From: Sulfurimonadaceae bacterium
GTDB taxonomy: Bacteria > Campylobacterota > Campylobacteria > Campylobacterales > Sulfurimonadaceae
Direction: 5' to 3'
Assembly (NCBI GenBank): GCA_041571435.1
Contig: JBFFUI010000008.1
Coordinates: 4,581 to 68,580 of the forward strand
Length of the DNA stretch: 64,000 nt
Program-made: the position numbers and the translations under genes
In this document: positions 19,534 through 28,543 of the stretch, piece after piece
Position numbering within the stretch: the first letter of the stretch is position 1
Layout: each line of letters begins with the position of its first letter
The notes under the pieces: model-generated
Databases searched by the model: none
The model's input: the letters and a program-made list of their open reading frames with translations, nothing else
What the model was told of the DNA's origin: nothing

Positions 19534-20442
19534 TTAACTCATAGGTAGTAGTTGTGGAATCATCAACCATACATGTTTGACAATCCATAGACCAGCTAAC
19601 GCAAGGATAGCTGCTAATTTAAGAATGTTTTGGTTTTTGTTGACAATACTTAAGACCACTAGTACAAATGGAATGATGTAAGCAGTAACTTGACCGATCC
19701 AGAACATTGCCTGATACTCACCACCATGTTTGATGTACTCAAGTACAGCTGCAACCTCTTCAGCTTTCATCGGTCCGAAAACCAACTCCGCCATATACAT
19801 AATGAATGCCGCAAGTGCACTGAACCCGAGGATGATGCTCAGGTCACGTTTCGCTTCTGATGACAGCTTGTTCATGAACGTGTCCATCAAAAGAACCGTA
19901 GCTGAACCCGAAAGCGTCGCTGCAAGTACCATCTGGGCCGACTCTGTCGGCATCTGCCATAGTTCACGTGCCGTTGCCTGTGCCATAAGACCTGCCGTAT
20001 AAAGTGTTACAGGAATTGCAAGTACAGTTACCCATAGCAGTGTCTTGTCAAAGGCTGCATCGTCTTTTTTGATGAACGAAAGATAGGCAAGCAGGAACAA
20101 TAGAGCGACAAACGCCGTCGCCATCCAAGCACCCACCGTAATCGCCGATGTAACATGCGGATAGAAGAAAATGTGCCACATTCTAAACGGCTGATGAAGG
20201 TCCGCCAGAGTGAACAACAGGAACAGGTGAATAAATACAATTGATACGACTGTAATCGGGAAACGGTAGCCGGCTGATTCATTCGGGTACTTTTTCAACA
20301 GGTAGAACAGCATAAAGATAACACCTGTACCAATACTTTTAGCCCACATATTCATCGTAACCAGCCAAGGCCATACAATACCAGGAAGACCAACGTCCAA
20401 TGTCACAACTGCATTAGTTGCTGCGATAGTTTCGTGTACCAT
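19534..20442 (-). CDS. NrfD/PsrC family membrane anchor (quinol-interacting)
   Basis: About 8 hydrophobic helices; DLHQPFRMW and SAITVGAW motifs. Confidence 0.92.
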   Translation of the reverse strand: MVHETIAATNAVVTLDVGLPGIVWPWLVTMNMWAKSIGTGVIFMLFYLLKKYPNESAGYRFPITVVSIVFIHLFLLFTLADLHQPFRMWHIFFYPHVTSAITVGAWMATAFVALLFLLAYLSFIKKDDAAFDKTLLWVTVLAIPVTLYTAGLMAQATARELWQMPTESAQMVLAATLSGSATVLLMDTFMNKLSSEAKRDLSIILGFSALAAFIMYMAELVFGPMKAEEVAAVLEYIKHGGEYQAMFWIGQVTAYIIPFVLVVLSIVNKNQNILKLAAILALAGLWIVKHVWLMIPQLLPMS

Positions 20443-21080
20443 TAGTGACCTCCTAGCGGCATTTTTGAAGTAATCTTGTTAAACAACGAGTGTCCTTCTA
20501 CCCTGTGTGACGCAAGTGGGTTCAATGTAACGTTTCCGCCACCGACATAGTAGTGGTGCGGGTTCGTACCTTTTTCAGGTTTACGAACCTGAACATCACC
20601 TTGGTGCTGCATGATATACTTGGAGATGTTTGAAGTAGGGTCTTCAATATCACCGAAGATATTCGCTTCGACCGGACATGCGACAACACATGCAGGCATC
20701 ATCGAAGAGGCAATACGGTGTGCACAGTATGTACATTTGTCGGCCGTCTGTGTTTCCGGATCGATATAGATCGCGCCATATGGACAAGCCATAACACAAC
20801 CCGCACAACCGATACAACGTTCTTTGTCAATATTGACAATACCGTTTTCGATATAGTGAAGTGCACTGACCGGACAAATACGTTCACACGGTGCATTTTC
20901 ACAGTGGTTACAACGAAGTGGTGTAAATGTACGTTTCGTTTCCGGGAACGTACCTACATCAACATACTTAACACGAAGACGCCATGTAGAAAGAGGAACT
21001 TCATTCTCAACCTTACATGCGATCTCACATCCCTTACAACCCATACACAGGTGTAAGTCAACGAGGAAACCTAATTTCAT
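20442..21080 (-). CDS. four-cluster 4Fe-4S electron transfer subunit (PsrB/DmsB-like)
   Basis: CMGCKGCEIAC, CNHCENAPCERICP, CIGCAGCVMACP, KCTYC...PACVVACP. Confidence 0.95.
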   Translation of the reverse strand: MKLGFLVDLHLCMGCKGCEIACKVENEVPLSTWRLRVKYVDVGTFPETKRTFTPLRCNHCENAPCERICPVSALHYIENGIVNIDKERCIGCAGCVMACPYGAIYIDPETQTADKCTYCAHRIASSMMPACVVACPVEANIFGDIEDPTSNISKYIMQHQGDVQVRKPEKGTNPHHYYVGGGNVTLNPLASHRVEGHSLFNKITSKMPLGGH

Positions 21081-21112
21081 CCATTCTCCTTGAGCCAGAT
21101 ATTAAAAGTAAT

Positions 21113-21129
21113 AGCAATCATTATGCCAA
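21113..21129 (-). promoter_or_regulatory. sigma54 (-24/-12) promoter of the molybdoenzyme operon
   Basis: Minus strand TTGGCAT-AATGA-TTGCT with correct GG/GC spacing, 33 nt before the start codon and its AAGGAG SD. Confidence 0.75.
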
Positions 21130-21383
21130 CTAATGCACGTCAAAAGACATGCTTATAATTGGCACTATGGGGCTACACGCTACGTTGATACTACCTGACA
21201 AAAGGTTAACTGAAACTAAAAAATTAGTGATGAATTGTAAAAAATTCAATGACATGGGAAAAAAGGGAATAGTCAGTTTTGCACATATAACAGGGAATTG
21301 ATTATAATATTTTATAAATTTGAACAACTGCGAGATACAGCTGATTTATATGAAGATGAGGGGGGGGTGATAAATGAAGGAGG

Positions 21384-21875
21384 CTACTCCTCCTCATCGC
21401 CCTCTTCTTCGATATAGTCGTCAGGATTTGCTAGACAGTCAAGACCGTCCGCATGTTTTTCAACGCCAGCACCGTATTCGTATGTCAGCTCGCCGCCATC
21501 TTTGCCTTGTTGCAATATCATAGCTGATGCGCCTAACAGTAAGACAACTGCCAATGCCTCAAGCCAGAACTTCTTCATCTGGCAACCTGCAAAATTAACC
21601 ACTGCGATGACACCCATCGCGATGGCAAGGTAAAGACCAAGTGTCTTATGTTCAACCAGCTCTTCTTGGCCTTCTGTACTCAAGAGAGGATAGACGTCCG
21701 GTCCAACCTGTGAACCGGTATACCATGCCGCGATCACACCAAGTGCCGCTAAGACCAGAAAACGTGCAGAGATCTTTGACATCCCTTCACTGCGTGTGAT
21801 CATATAGCTTAGACCAAGAACGAGGGCCACTAGGGGAAGAACGATTGCAAAATGCGCTGCTGCTGGATGTAACAT
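21384..21875 (-). CDS. DUF2231-like membrane protein
   Basis: LHPAAAHFAIVL, EHKTLG, GGELTYEYG; four TM helices; start at ATG 21875 after AGGAG. Confidence 0.75.
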   Translation of the reverse strand: MLHPAAAHFAIVLPLVALVLGLSYMITRSEGMSKISARFLVLAALGVIAAWYTGSQVGPDVYPLLSTEGQEELVEHKTLGLYLAIAMGVIAVVNFAGCQMKKFWLEALAVVLLLGASAMILQQGKDGGELTYEYGAGVEKHADGLDCLANPDDYIEEEGDEEE

Positions 21876-21974
21876 AGTACATACTCCTGTATTTGTATTT
21901 GAGAGTATCATACACAAAACTTATAGCAATGTAAATAGAAATCGTTCAAAAGTAAAAGAGTTAGAAGATTTTGT

Positions 21975-22001
21975 AAAAAACAGTCGACGCGTTATCGACT
22001 G
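21975..22001 (-). terminator. intrinsic terminator after hisD
   Basis: Minus strand cagtcga-taacgcg-tcgactg-tttttt. Confidence 0.8.
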
Positions 22002-22020
22002 CGTGGAAGAAGGAATTCGG

Positions 22021-23313
22021 CTATTTGTCCATTCTTACGCGGACCGACTGCTCGTGTGCCGTCAAGCCTTCCGTATTTGCGATCAAGGCGCATGCTTCAC
22101 CGATCTCATTGATCGCGGCATTGGAAAAGGCGATGATCGATGACTTTTTCATAAAGTTCTCAACACCGAGCGGCGAGTAGAACTTCGCAGTACCACCGGT
22201 CGGCAGGGTGTGGTTCGGACCGGCCACATAGTCCCCTATCGCTTCCGGGGTGTTGTGCCCCAGGAAGATCGCACCGGCATGTTTGATGCTTGGCAGCAGT
22301 TCAAATGGGTTGTTCGTTGCCACTTCGAGGTGCTCCGGAGCGATCTCGTTCATCAGCGCTATCGCCTCTTCCATCGTTTCGGTGATGATGATAGCACCGC
22401 GCTCTTCGATCGACTTGCGTGCGATCTCCTGACGCGGCAGTTTCTGCAGCCATTTTTCGATCTCCATCTGAACCTCTTCGGCTATTTTCAGTGACGGTGT
22501 GATCAGGATTGATGAGGCCATCTCATCATGCTCTGCCTGTGAAAGCAGATCGATCGCCATGTGGTTCGCGTTGGCACTTTCATCTGCCAGCACACCGATC
22601 TCGCTCGGTCCCGCGATCATATCGATATGTACTTCGCCGAAGACCATCTTTTTTGCCGTCGCGACAAAGATGTTACCCGGACCCGTGATGACGTCGACTT
22701 TAGGGATCGTCTCTGTGCCGTAGGCCATCGCCGCGATCGCTGACGCACCGCCGACCTTGTAGACATCACTGACACCGCAAAGGTGACATGCCGCCAGCAG
22801 AAGTTCGTTTGGCTCATTGTCCGGTGTCGGTGTACAGACGATGATCTTTTCGACACCCGCGACCTGCGCAGGAATGACGTTCATCAGCAGTGACGATGGG
22901 TATGCCGCTTTACCGCCCGGAATGTAAAGACCGGCACTGTCGACTGGCGTCACTTTTTGCCCAAGGATAGTACCGTTGGCCTCTGTATCAAACCATGACT
23001 TCGGCAGCTGCTTTTCATGGTAGGCTTTAATACGGTCATAGGCCAGGTGAAGTGCCGCTTTCAACTCGCCATCCAGCTCTTTATATGCCTTTTCCATAGA
23101 AGCCGTATCGATCTTGAGATCAACATCTGTTGCCGGTGTCCAGTTGTCGAACTTGGCAATGTGCGTTTTGAGGGCACTGTTCTTGTCGGCTTTGATCTCA
23201 TTGATAATACCGCCAACAATACCGGACACATGTTCGATGTCCATCTTGCCACGCTCCAGCAGTTCGCTGAAAAGTTCGTTAAAGTCTGCGTCACTTGTCT
23301 TTGTAAAAATCAT
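22021..23313 (-). CDS. hisD: histidinol dehydrogenase
   Basis: GLYIPGGKAAYPSS, DMIAGPSE, SQAEH, APEHLE, GDYVAGPNHTLPT. Confidence 0.98.
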   Translation of the reverse strand: MIFTKTSDADFNELFSELLERGKMDIEHVSGIVGGIINEIKADKNSALKTHIAKFDNWTPATDVDLKIDTASMEKAYKELDGELKAALHLAYDRIKAYHEKQLPKSWFDTEANGTILGQKVTPVDSAGLYIPGGKAAYPSSLLMNVIPAQVAGVEKIIVCTPTPDNEPNELLLAACHLCGVSDVYKVGGASAIAAMAYGTETIPKVDVITGPGNIFVATAKKMVFGEVHIDMIAGPSEIGVLADESANANHMAIDLLSQAEHDEMASSILITPSLKIAEEVQMEIEKWLQKLPRQEIARKSIEERGAIIITETMEEAIALMNEIAPEHLEVATNNPFELLPSIKHAGAIFLGHNTPEAIGDYVAGPNHTLPTGGTAKFYSPLGVENFMKKSSIIAFSNAAINEIGEACALIANTEGLTAHEQSVRVRMDK

Positions 23314-23416
23314 CTCATCGTCTCAATCGAGGATAGGTACCTCTTAAATTTAGCGCAATTATAGCAAAAATATCTGTCGCCCTCGTTATGTGCCGTTTGG
23401 CAGAGACCGACTTTGC

Positions 23417-24634
23417 CTATTTTGACTCAACGTTGTTGGCTTTTTGCATCGCTTTGAACGCCTTTAATGCATGTCTGTCAAGCCGAAATTTGTATCGCCA
23501 GGTGATCAGCCTCTTTAATACATACCCTAAAAACCCGGAGACTTTGATGGTATCAAAAAGCACGACGGCTGCATTATAACCGCCCAAGGCGACCATCATG
23601 CCTTGCAACCCAAAAGATATATGTTGCGGACGTTCACCTTTCAACTGCGCTTTGATATTTTGGACCACGACACCTGCCGACTGTTCTGCAGCATTTGCCG
23701 TAGCCGGAATGACATGACCTCCCGCATCGACCAGGGCCGCAACATCCCCGATGGCGTAGACATATTTATGGCAGGTCACCTGCAGCGTCTGATGCACTTC
23801 TACTTGCCCCTTCGCATTGAGCGTACAGCCCAATGACTTGGCCAAGGAGGACGCTTTGACACCGCCTGCAAAGATCATAAAGTCGAAATCAACACGGCCA
23901 CCGTTGTTGAGGATGACCGCACTCTCTTTCACTTCGGCAATACGCGTGTTGTAAAGGACCTTCACGTCAAGCGCTTCCAAACGTTGCTTCGCTTTTTGCT
24001 GAAGATAGGGGTTCGTACCGTCAAGAACTTTATCCCGAGAGGCAATAAGATAGATCTGAATACCCTCACACATTATTCGGTTGTCTTGAATAAACGCTTT
24101 GGCGTAGTTACCCATCTCAGCAGCGATCTCGACACCGCTCAATCCCGCCCCGCCGATGACGACATTAAAAGCTCTGCTGAACGGGTCATCTTCACTCTGC
24201 ATACGTGCATACAGCTGCTTCTCAAACTGCTGTTTAAATTCAAACGCGCGTTTCAGGGTCTTGACCCCATGAGAGTACTCTCTCAGCCCGGGTATCGAAG
24301 CCGGAAAGTGGGTACGGCTTCCGGTTGCAAGGACAAGATAGTCAAAGGGTAACGATTCTTCCCCGCATAACACCACTTTTCGATTGAGATCGATCTCTTT
24401 TATAATCGCTTTTTTATAACTGGCATTTTTATAGTGATCGCACAATGCGACGAGATCGACGGTGACATCCGTCAGTGTGACTTTGTTGGCAACGAGAGCA
24501 TAGGCTTCGGTCTGAAGATAGTGATAAGGGTTCTGGTCGATCAGGAGAATTTCAAGCTCTTTGACACTGCTAAGACCCTGCATCGTACGTACCCCACCGT
24601 AACCGCCGCCGATAATTATGAGTTTTTTCTTCAT
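23417..24634 (-). CDS. type II NADH:quinone oxidoreductase family flavoprotein
   Basis: GGGYGG, GAGLSGVE, YAIGD, GMMVALG motifs; start taken at ATG 24634. Confidence 0.85.
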   Translation of the reverse strand: MKKKLIIIGGGYGGVRTMQGLSSVKELEILLIDQNPYHYLQTEAYALVANKVTLTDVTVDLVALCDHYKNASYKKAIIKEIDLNRKVVLCGEESLPFDYLVLATGSRTHFPASIPGLREYSHGVKTLKRAFEFKQQFEKQLYARMQSEDDPFSRAFNVVIGGAGLSGVEIAAEMGNYAKAFIQDNRIMCEGIQIYLIASRDKVLDGTNPYLQQKAKQRLEALDVKVLYNTRIAEVKESAVILNNGGRVDFDFMIFAGGVKASSLAKSLGCTLNAKGQVEVHQTLQVTCHKYVYAIGDVAALVDAGGHVIPATANAAEQSAGVVVQNIKAQLKGERPQHISFGLQGMMVALGGYNAAVVLFDTIKVSGFLGYVLKRLITWRYKFRLDRHALKAFKAMQKANNVESK

Positions 24635-24770
24635 CTTGGACTGTGCCTCAATAGTATGAAAATTCATAATAACGTATTTTCTGCTGATTTCAAAGTTTCA
24701 GAATCGCTAAGTGGTGATTTACAGAGATTATTCAGGGAAGGGTAGCGGAGGAAAAGTGTCTATCGAGTCA

Positions 24771-24804
24771 TCCTGGCAGGCATGTTTTACATCTGCCTGC
24801 AGGA
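24771..24804. terminator. GC-rich stem-loop downstream of thioredoxin-like gene
   Basis: tcctggcaggcatg...catctgcctgcagga. Confidence 0.45.
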
Positions 24805-24816
24805 GAGCTTATAATG

Positions 24817-25248
24817 TTATTTGGAGCGTGCTTCGATTTTGAGTCGTTTGATGTACTCTTTTTTGACAATCTCGATCGCCATCAACATGTTCTTTGCGTC
24901 GATGGCACCCATGATCGGCTGGAACAGCGGCTCGCCTTTTTCATCCAAAAACCAGAGCGCCGGCGTTCCCGGTCGCCAGAGTTCCTGCGGTAGATAATCG
25001 CCCTCATCGCTGTACGATATGACCGTAACAAAGTTTGCGTTGAGCTCATTGACGACACGCGGGTCCATCAAGGTCGTCTTGTCAAGCATGACACAGTACT
25101 TACACGCGTGACTCGACGAGATAAAAAGTATCGGTTTGTTCAGCTTAGTTGCTTTGACCACACCCGACTTATAATCTTTTTCCCAATTGATCGGCGAAGC
25201 AAAAAGCATTGACGACAAGATCACAACCATTAAAACTATTTTACGCAT
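24817..25248 (-). CDS. exported thioredoxin-fold protein (SoxW/DsbD-like CxxC)
   Basis: Signal peptide, INWEKDY, CKYC, GTPA. Confidence 0.85.
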   Translation of the reverse strand: MRKIVLMVVILSSMLFASPINWEKDYKSGVVKATKLNKPILFISSSHACKYCVMLDKTTLMDPRVVNELNANFVTVISYSDEGDYLPQELWRPGTPALWFLDEKGEPLFQPIMGAIDAKNMLMAIEIVKKEYIKRLKIEARSK

Positions 25249-25306
25249 CTATTTATTCCTTACTGTTATTACCGCAGATTGTACCATGTAATAGTAACTG
25301 GCCCGG

Positions 25307-25819
25307 CTATTTTTTTGTTTTTTTCAAGATCTCTTTGGCGATCGTCTCATAATCTTTGTCGCTGACATCGATGACAAGGTCGGCCACCGCCCGGTATTGC
25401 GGTTCGCGTTCATTGTAAAGCGCCTCTGCTTTGGCGATGTCCTGAAAGAGCGGTCGTTTTTTGAGTTTCTTCTCTGCATTCGGGTGGTCGATAATGCGGT
25501 GGTAGATGGTCTGAAACGGTGCATCAAGTAGTACTATAGTACCGACTTCATGGACCTTTGGAACTTTGAAAAAGCCGCCGCCTGTCGAGATGAGTGTGTT
25601 GTCAACACTCTGACGCAACCACTGCCCTACACGCGCTTCCAGTGCACGGAAATACGGTTCACCCTCTTCTGCAAAGATCTTCTTGACCTTGCGGTTCTCC
25701 ATGCTCTCGATGATGTCATCCGTGTCGATCGCTACCATGCCGCTCTGTCGCACGATCTCCCGTGCTACAGAGCCTTTGCCTACACCCATAAAGCCGATTA
25801 ATACGATATTGTTTTTCAT
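25307..25819 (-). CDS. aroK: shikimate kinase
   Basis: GFMGVGKG, DTD, ISTGGG, RPL motifs; start ATG 25819. Confidence 0.95.
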   Translation of the reverse strand: MKNNIVLIGFMGVGKGSVAREIVRQSGMVAIDTDDIIESMENRKVKKIFAEEGEPYFRALEARVGQWLRQSVDNTLISTGGGFFKVPKVHEVGTIVLLDAPFQTIYHRIIDHPNAEKKLKKRPLFQDIAKAEALYNEREPQYRAVADLVIDVSDKDYETIAKEILKKTKK

Positions 25820-25855
25820 GGGCGTAGTGTAGCAGATAATCAACTATGAAGAGAT

Positions 25856-25887
25856 AAAAAGGTTATCGTCACTACAAAAGAGACGAT
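25856..25887 (-). terminator. probable intrinsic terminator upstream of aroK
   Basis: Minus strand atcgtc-11nt-gacgat-aacc-ttttt. Confidence 0.55.
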
Positions 25888-25954
25888 TATGCAAAGATCA
25901 CTTTCAGATACATGAGAGCAGAAGGTGGTGCCAAGACTGCAGCCTACACAATAG

Positions 25955-25975
25955 CTATCCAACTGTTTTTATCAT
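25955..25975 (-). other. 6-codon sORF (MIKTVG) behind an extended Shine-Dalgarno
   Basis: Minus strand AAAGGAGGTGAA-ATG ATA AAA ACA GTT GGA TAG. Confidence 0.45.
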
Positions 25976-26061
25976 TTCACCTCCTTTTTTCCATGCTCTT
26001 TTATATTATTTTGGATTGTAGTAAAATAGTAGATGACAACCTCTAGACGAAGGTAAACACT

Positions 26062-26358
26062 ATGGAATTTTTTAATATTTCAACGCCTCTTGAAGGCAAG
26101 GAAACCATTACAGAGTTGCTGCAGTATAAAAATGTCACTATTAACCGCATCGTCTCTAATCGAATCGAAAATGGGCAGTGGTACGATCAGGAAGAGGACG
26201 AGTGGTTAATCCTCATTAAAGGTGCTGCCTTGCTTATGATCGACAATGAAGAGAAACGATTGAAAGCCGGCGATACTCTGTTTATCGCGGCGCATGAGCT
26301 CCATCGTGTCCTCTCCACCTCAGAAAATGCGCTTTGGATCACGGTGCATATCGCCTAA
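26062..26358 (+). CDS. cupin domain protein
   Basis: WYDQEEDEW..L..G, GD.LFIAAH..HRV cupin motifs. Confidence 0.85.
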   Translation: MEFFNISTPLEGKETITELLQYKNVTINRIVSNRIENGQWYDQEEDEWLILIKGAALLMIDNEEKRLKAGDTLFIAAHELHRVLSTSENALWITVHIA

Positions 26359-26361
26359 GCT

Positions 26362-27309
26362 TTATTTTCCGTCCGTCACTGTTTTTGAAGCAGTCCTGTT
26401 TTCTTTATGCAGCGGTGAGCCGCTTTTGTACGGCACCTTTGCCGAGGGAACTTTTTTACTGGCACGCTGCAGGTGCAGGTCCTGATCGTCGAAAAAGATA
26501 TGGGCATTGAATGCGGAGAGGACTTCGTCTTTGTTCAATCCCCCGAGAAAGAAAGCCTCATCAACCGTGACACCCCATGCCCGCAACGTCTGTATGACCC
26601 GTTCGTGTGCCGGCGAATTACGCGCCGTCACAATGGCGATGCGTACCGGCGACTGCTCTTTGGGGAAGTGCTGCTGTAGATAAGAGAGGGTCATCAGAAG
26701 CTTGGCGAAAGGGCCCTCCTGCATCGGCGTATCGACATTGGCTTTTTCATGTGCCAAAAAGGCTTCAAGCCCTTGTGTTTTATAGATATGCTCGCTCTCT
26801 TCTGAAAAGATCACCGCGTCGGCATCAAAGGCGATACGGATCTTGTCCGTTTCGATATTCTGCCCGACCGGCGGTGCATACAGTACGGCCGCAGCGACAC
26901 CGGAGTCGACTGCCGCCTGCACATCCTCATCCGACTTTGAGAGGAAAAGATCCACATCAAATGCCTTGAGATAAGGCGAAAGCGATGTGCCGCCGCTGAA
27001 AGCGGCTCTGGAGATATCGAGTCCATAGTGGTTGATCGTATTAAAGACCCGCAGACCGGTGTCGGGCGAGTTACGAGACATCACGATCACCTCTACAAGC
27101 TTTTTACCGCTGATCGCGTTAAGGTTCAACAGCGCCTCGACCAGGGCGAAAGCCGTCCCTTTTTCAAGGACCTCTTTTTCGTTTTCGAACTGGTGGGCAC
27201 GATAGGCTTCCAGTCCCTCTTTCATAAAAAGGTCATTTGAATCTTCAAGATCGAAAAGAGCGCGTGAAGAGATGCCGATCACCAAGATATCGCTAAGATC
27301 CAGCCCCAT
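26362..27309 (-). CDS. 5'-nucleotidase (cytosolic cN-I-like family)
   Basis: GISSRALFDL, SRNSPDTGLR, AFDADAVIF, VTARNSPAHER, FFDDQ. Confidence 0.92.
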   Translation of the reverse strand: MGLDLSDILVIGISSRALFDLEDSNDLFMKEGLEAYRAHQFENEKEVLEKGTAFALVEALLNLNAISGKKLVEVIVMSRNSPDTGLRVFNTINHYGLDISRAAFSGGTSLSPYLKAFDVDLFLSKSDEDVQAAVDSGVAAAVLYAPPVGQNIETDKIRIAFDADAVIFSEESEHIYKTQGLEAFLAHEKANVDTPMQEGPFAKLLMTLSYLQQHFPKEQSPVRIAIVTARNSPAHERVIQTLRAWGVTVDEAFFLGGLNKDEVLSAFNAHIFFDDQDLHLQRASKKVPSAKVPYKSGSPLHKENRTASKTVTDGK

Positions 27310-27407
27310 AAACGCTCCTTATTCAGTCAAAACAATCTTAGCGAAAAGAGACTAATAAAAGCATCTCTCTGTTATAATTGCGCTATCAAATTTGTGAGGT
27401 TATATCT

Positions 27408-28487
27408 ATGGCACATGGTATTTTGGAATTGGTGAAACCGGGCGTTTTAAGCGGTGATGATGTTAAATTGGTTTTTGCAGCGGCAAAAGAGCAAGGGTTT
27501 GCACTGCCTGCGGTCAATGTAGTAGGTACGGACTCTATCAACGGTGTCCTGGAAGCGGCGAAAAATGTCAACAGCCCTGTTATCATCCAGTTCTCAAACG
27601 GCGGCGGACAATACTATGCCGGTAAAGGGCTCTCGAATGCCGATGAAAAAGCGGCGATCGCCGGTACCATCTCGGGTGCAATGCATGTGCACATGATGGC
27701 GGAGCTTTACGGCATTCCTGTTATCCTGCACACCGACCATGCAGCACGCAAACTCCTGCCATGGATCGATGCACTCCTCGATGCCGGTGAAGACTACTAT
27801 GCGACACACGGCAAACCGCTGTTCAGCTCACATATGCTTGACCTCTCCGAAGAGCCTCTCGAAGAGAACATCGCGACCTGTGTCGAATACTTCAAACGTA
27901 TGAACAAGATCGGTATGACGATCGAGATCGAGCTGGGTGTCACCGGCGGCGAGGAAGACGGTGTTGACAACACCAACATCGACAACGCCCTGCTTTACAC
28001 ACAGCCTGAAGAGGTCTGCTATGCCTACGAAGAGTTAAGCAAGGTCAGTACACACTTCACGATCGCGGCATCATTCGGTAACGTACACGGTGTCTATAAA
28101 CCGGGGAACGTCGTACTGACACCGACGATCCTGGAGAACTCGCAGACCTACATCACCGACAAACACCACACGAAGCCAAAACCTGTCGATTTTGTTTTCC
28201 ACGGCGGTTCAGGTTCATCTCTAGAAGAGATCCGCGAAGCGATCAGCTACGGTGTCATCAAGATGAACATCGACACCGATACACAGTGGGCCACATGGGA
28301 CGGTGTCCGCCAATACGAAGAGAAGTACCATGACTACCTTCAGGGCCAGATCGGCAACCCGGAGGGTGACGACAAACCGAACAAAAAATATTACGATCCG
28401 CGCAAATGGCTGCGCGCCGGACAGGAGACACTGATCAAACGTGTCGAGCTTGCCTTCAACGACCTGAACGCCCTCAACAGAAACTAA
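27408..28487 (+). CDS. fbaA: class II fructose-bisphosphate aldolase
   Basis: HTDH, SSHMLDLS, FGNVHGVY, VFHGGSG, KMNIDTD; start ATG 27408. Confidence 0.98.
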   Translation: MAHGILELVKPGVLSGDDVKLVFAAAKEQGFALPAVNVVGTDSINGVLEAAKNVNSPVIIQFSNGGGQYYAGKGLSNADEKAAIAGTISGAMHVHMMAELYGIPVILHTDHAARKLLPWIDALLDAGEDYYATHGKPLFSSHMLDLSEEPLEENIATCVEYFKRMNKIGMTIEIELGVTGGEEDGVDNTNIDNALLYTQPEEVCYAYEELSKVSTHFTIAASFGNVHGVYKPGNVVLTPTILENSQTYITDKHHTKPKPVDFVFHGGSGSSLEEIREAISYGVIKMNIDTDTQWATWDGVRQYEEKYHDYLQGQIGNPEGDDKPNKKYYDPRKWLRAGQETLIKRVELAFNDLNALNRN

Positions 28488-28543
28488 AGACCTCTTCTAC
28501 CCGTTCTCGTCATATGACGAGAAACGATTCCCAAACACCACTT

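Noticed and set aside
21360-21367. G8 tract as a phase-variation switch
   Set aside because: Intergenic, downstream of the DUF2231 gene and about 230 bp from the sigma54 element; no frame or spacer it would alter.
23417-24634. Flavoprotein as a sulfide:quinone oxidoreductase
   Set aside because: It has the second GxGxxGxE NADH-binding motif of NDH-2 and lacks the SQR catalytic cysteine pattern.
25864-25875. 12-nt exact match (inverted) to 55840-55851, suggesting sRNA-ilvC 3' UTR pairing
   Set aside because: One 12-mer match among many intergenic pairs is expected by chance; no extension beyond 12 nt.
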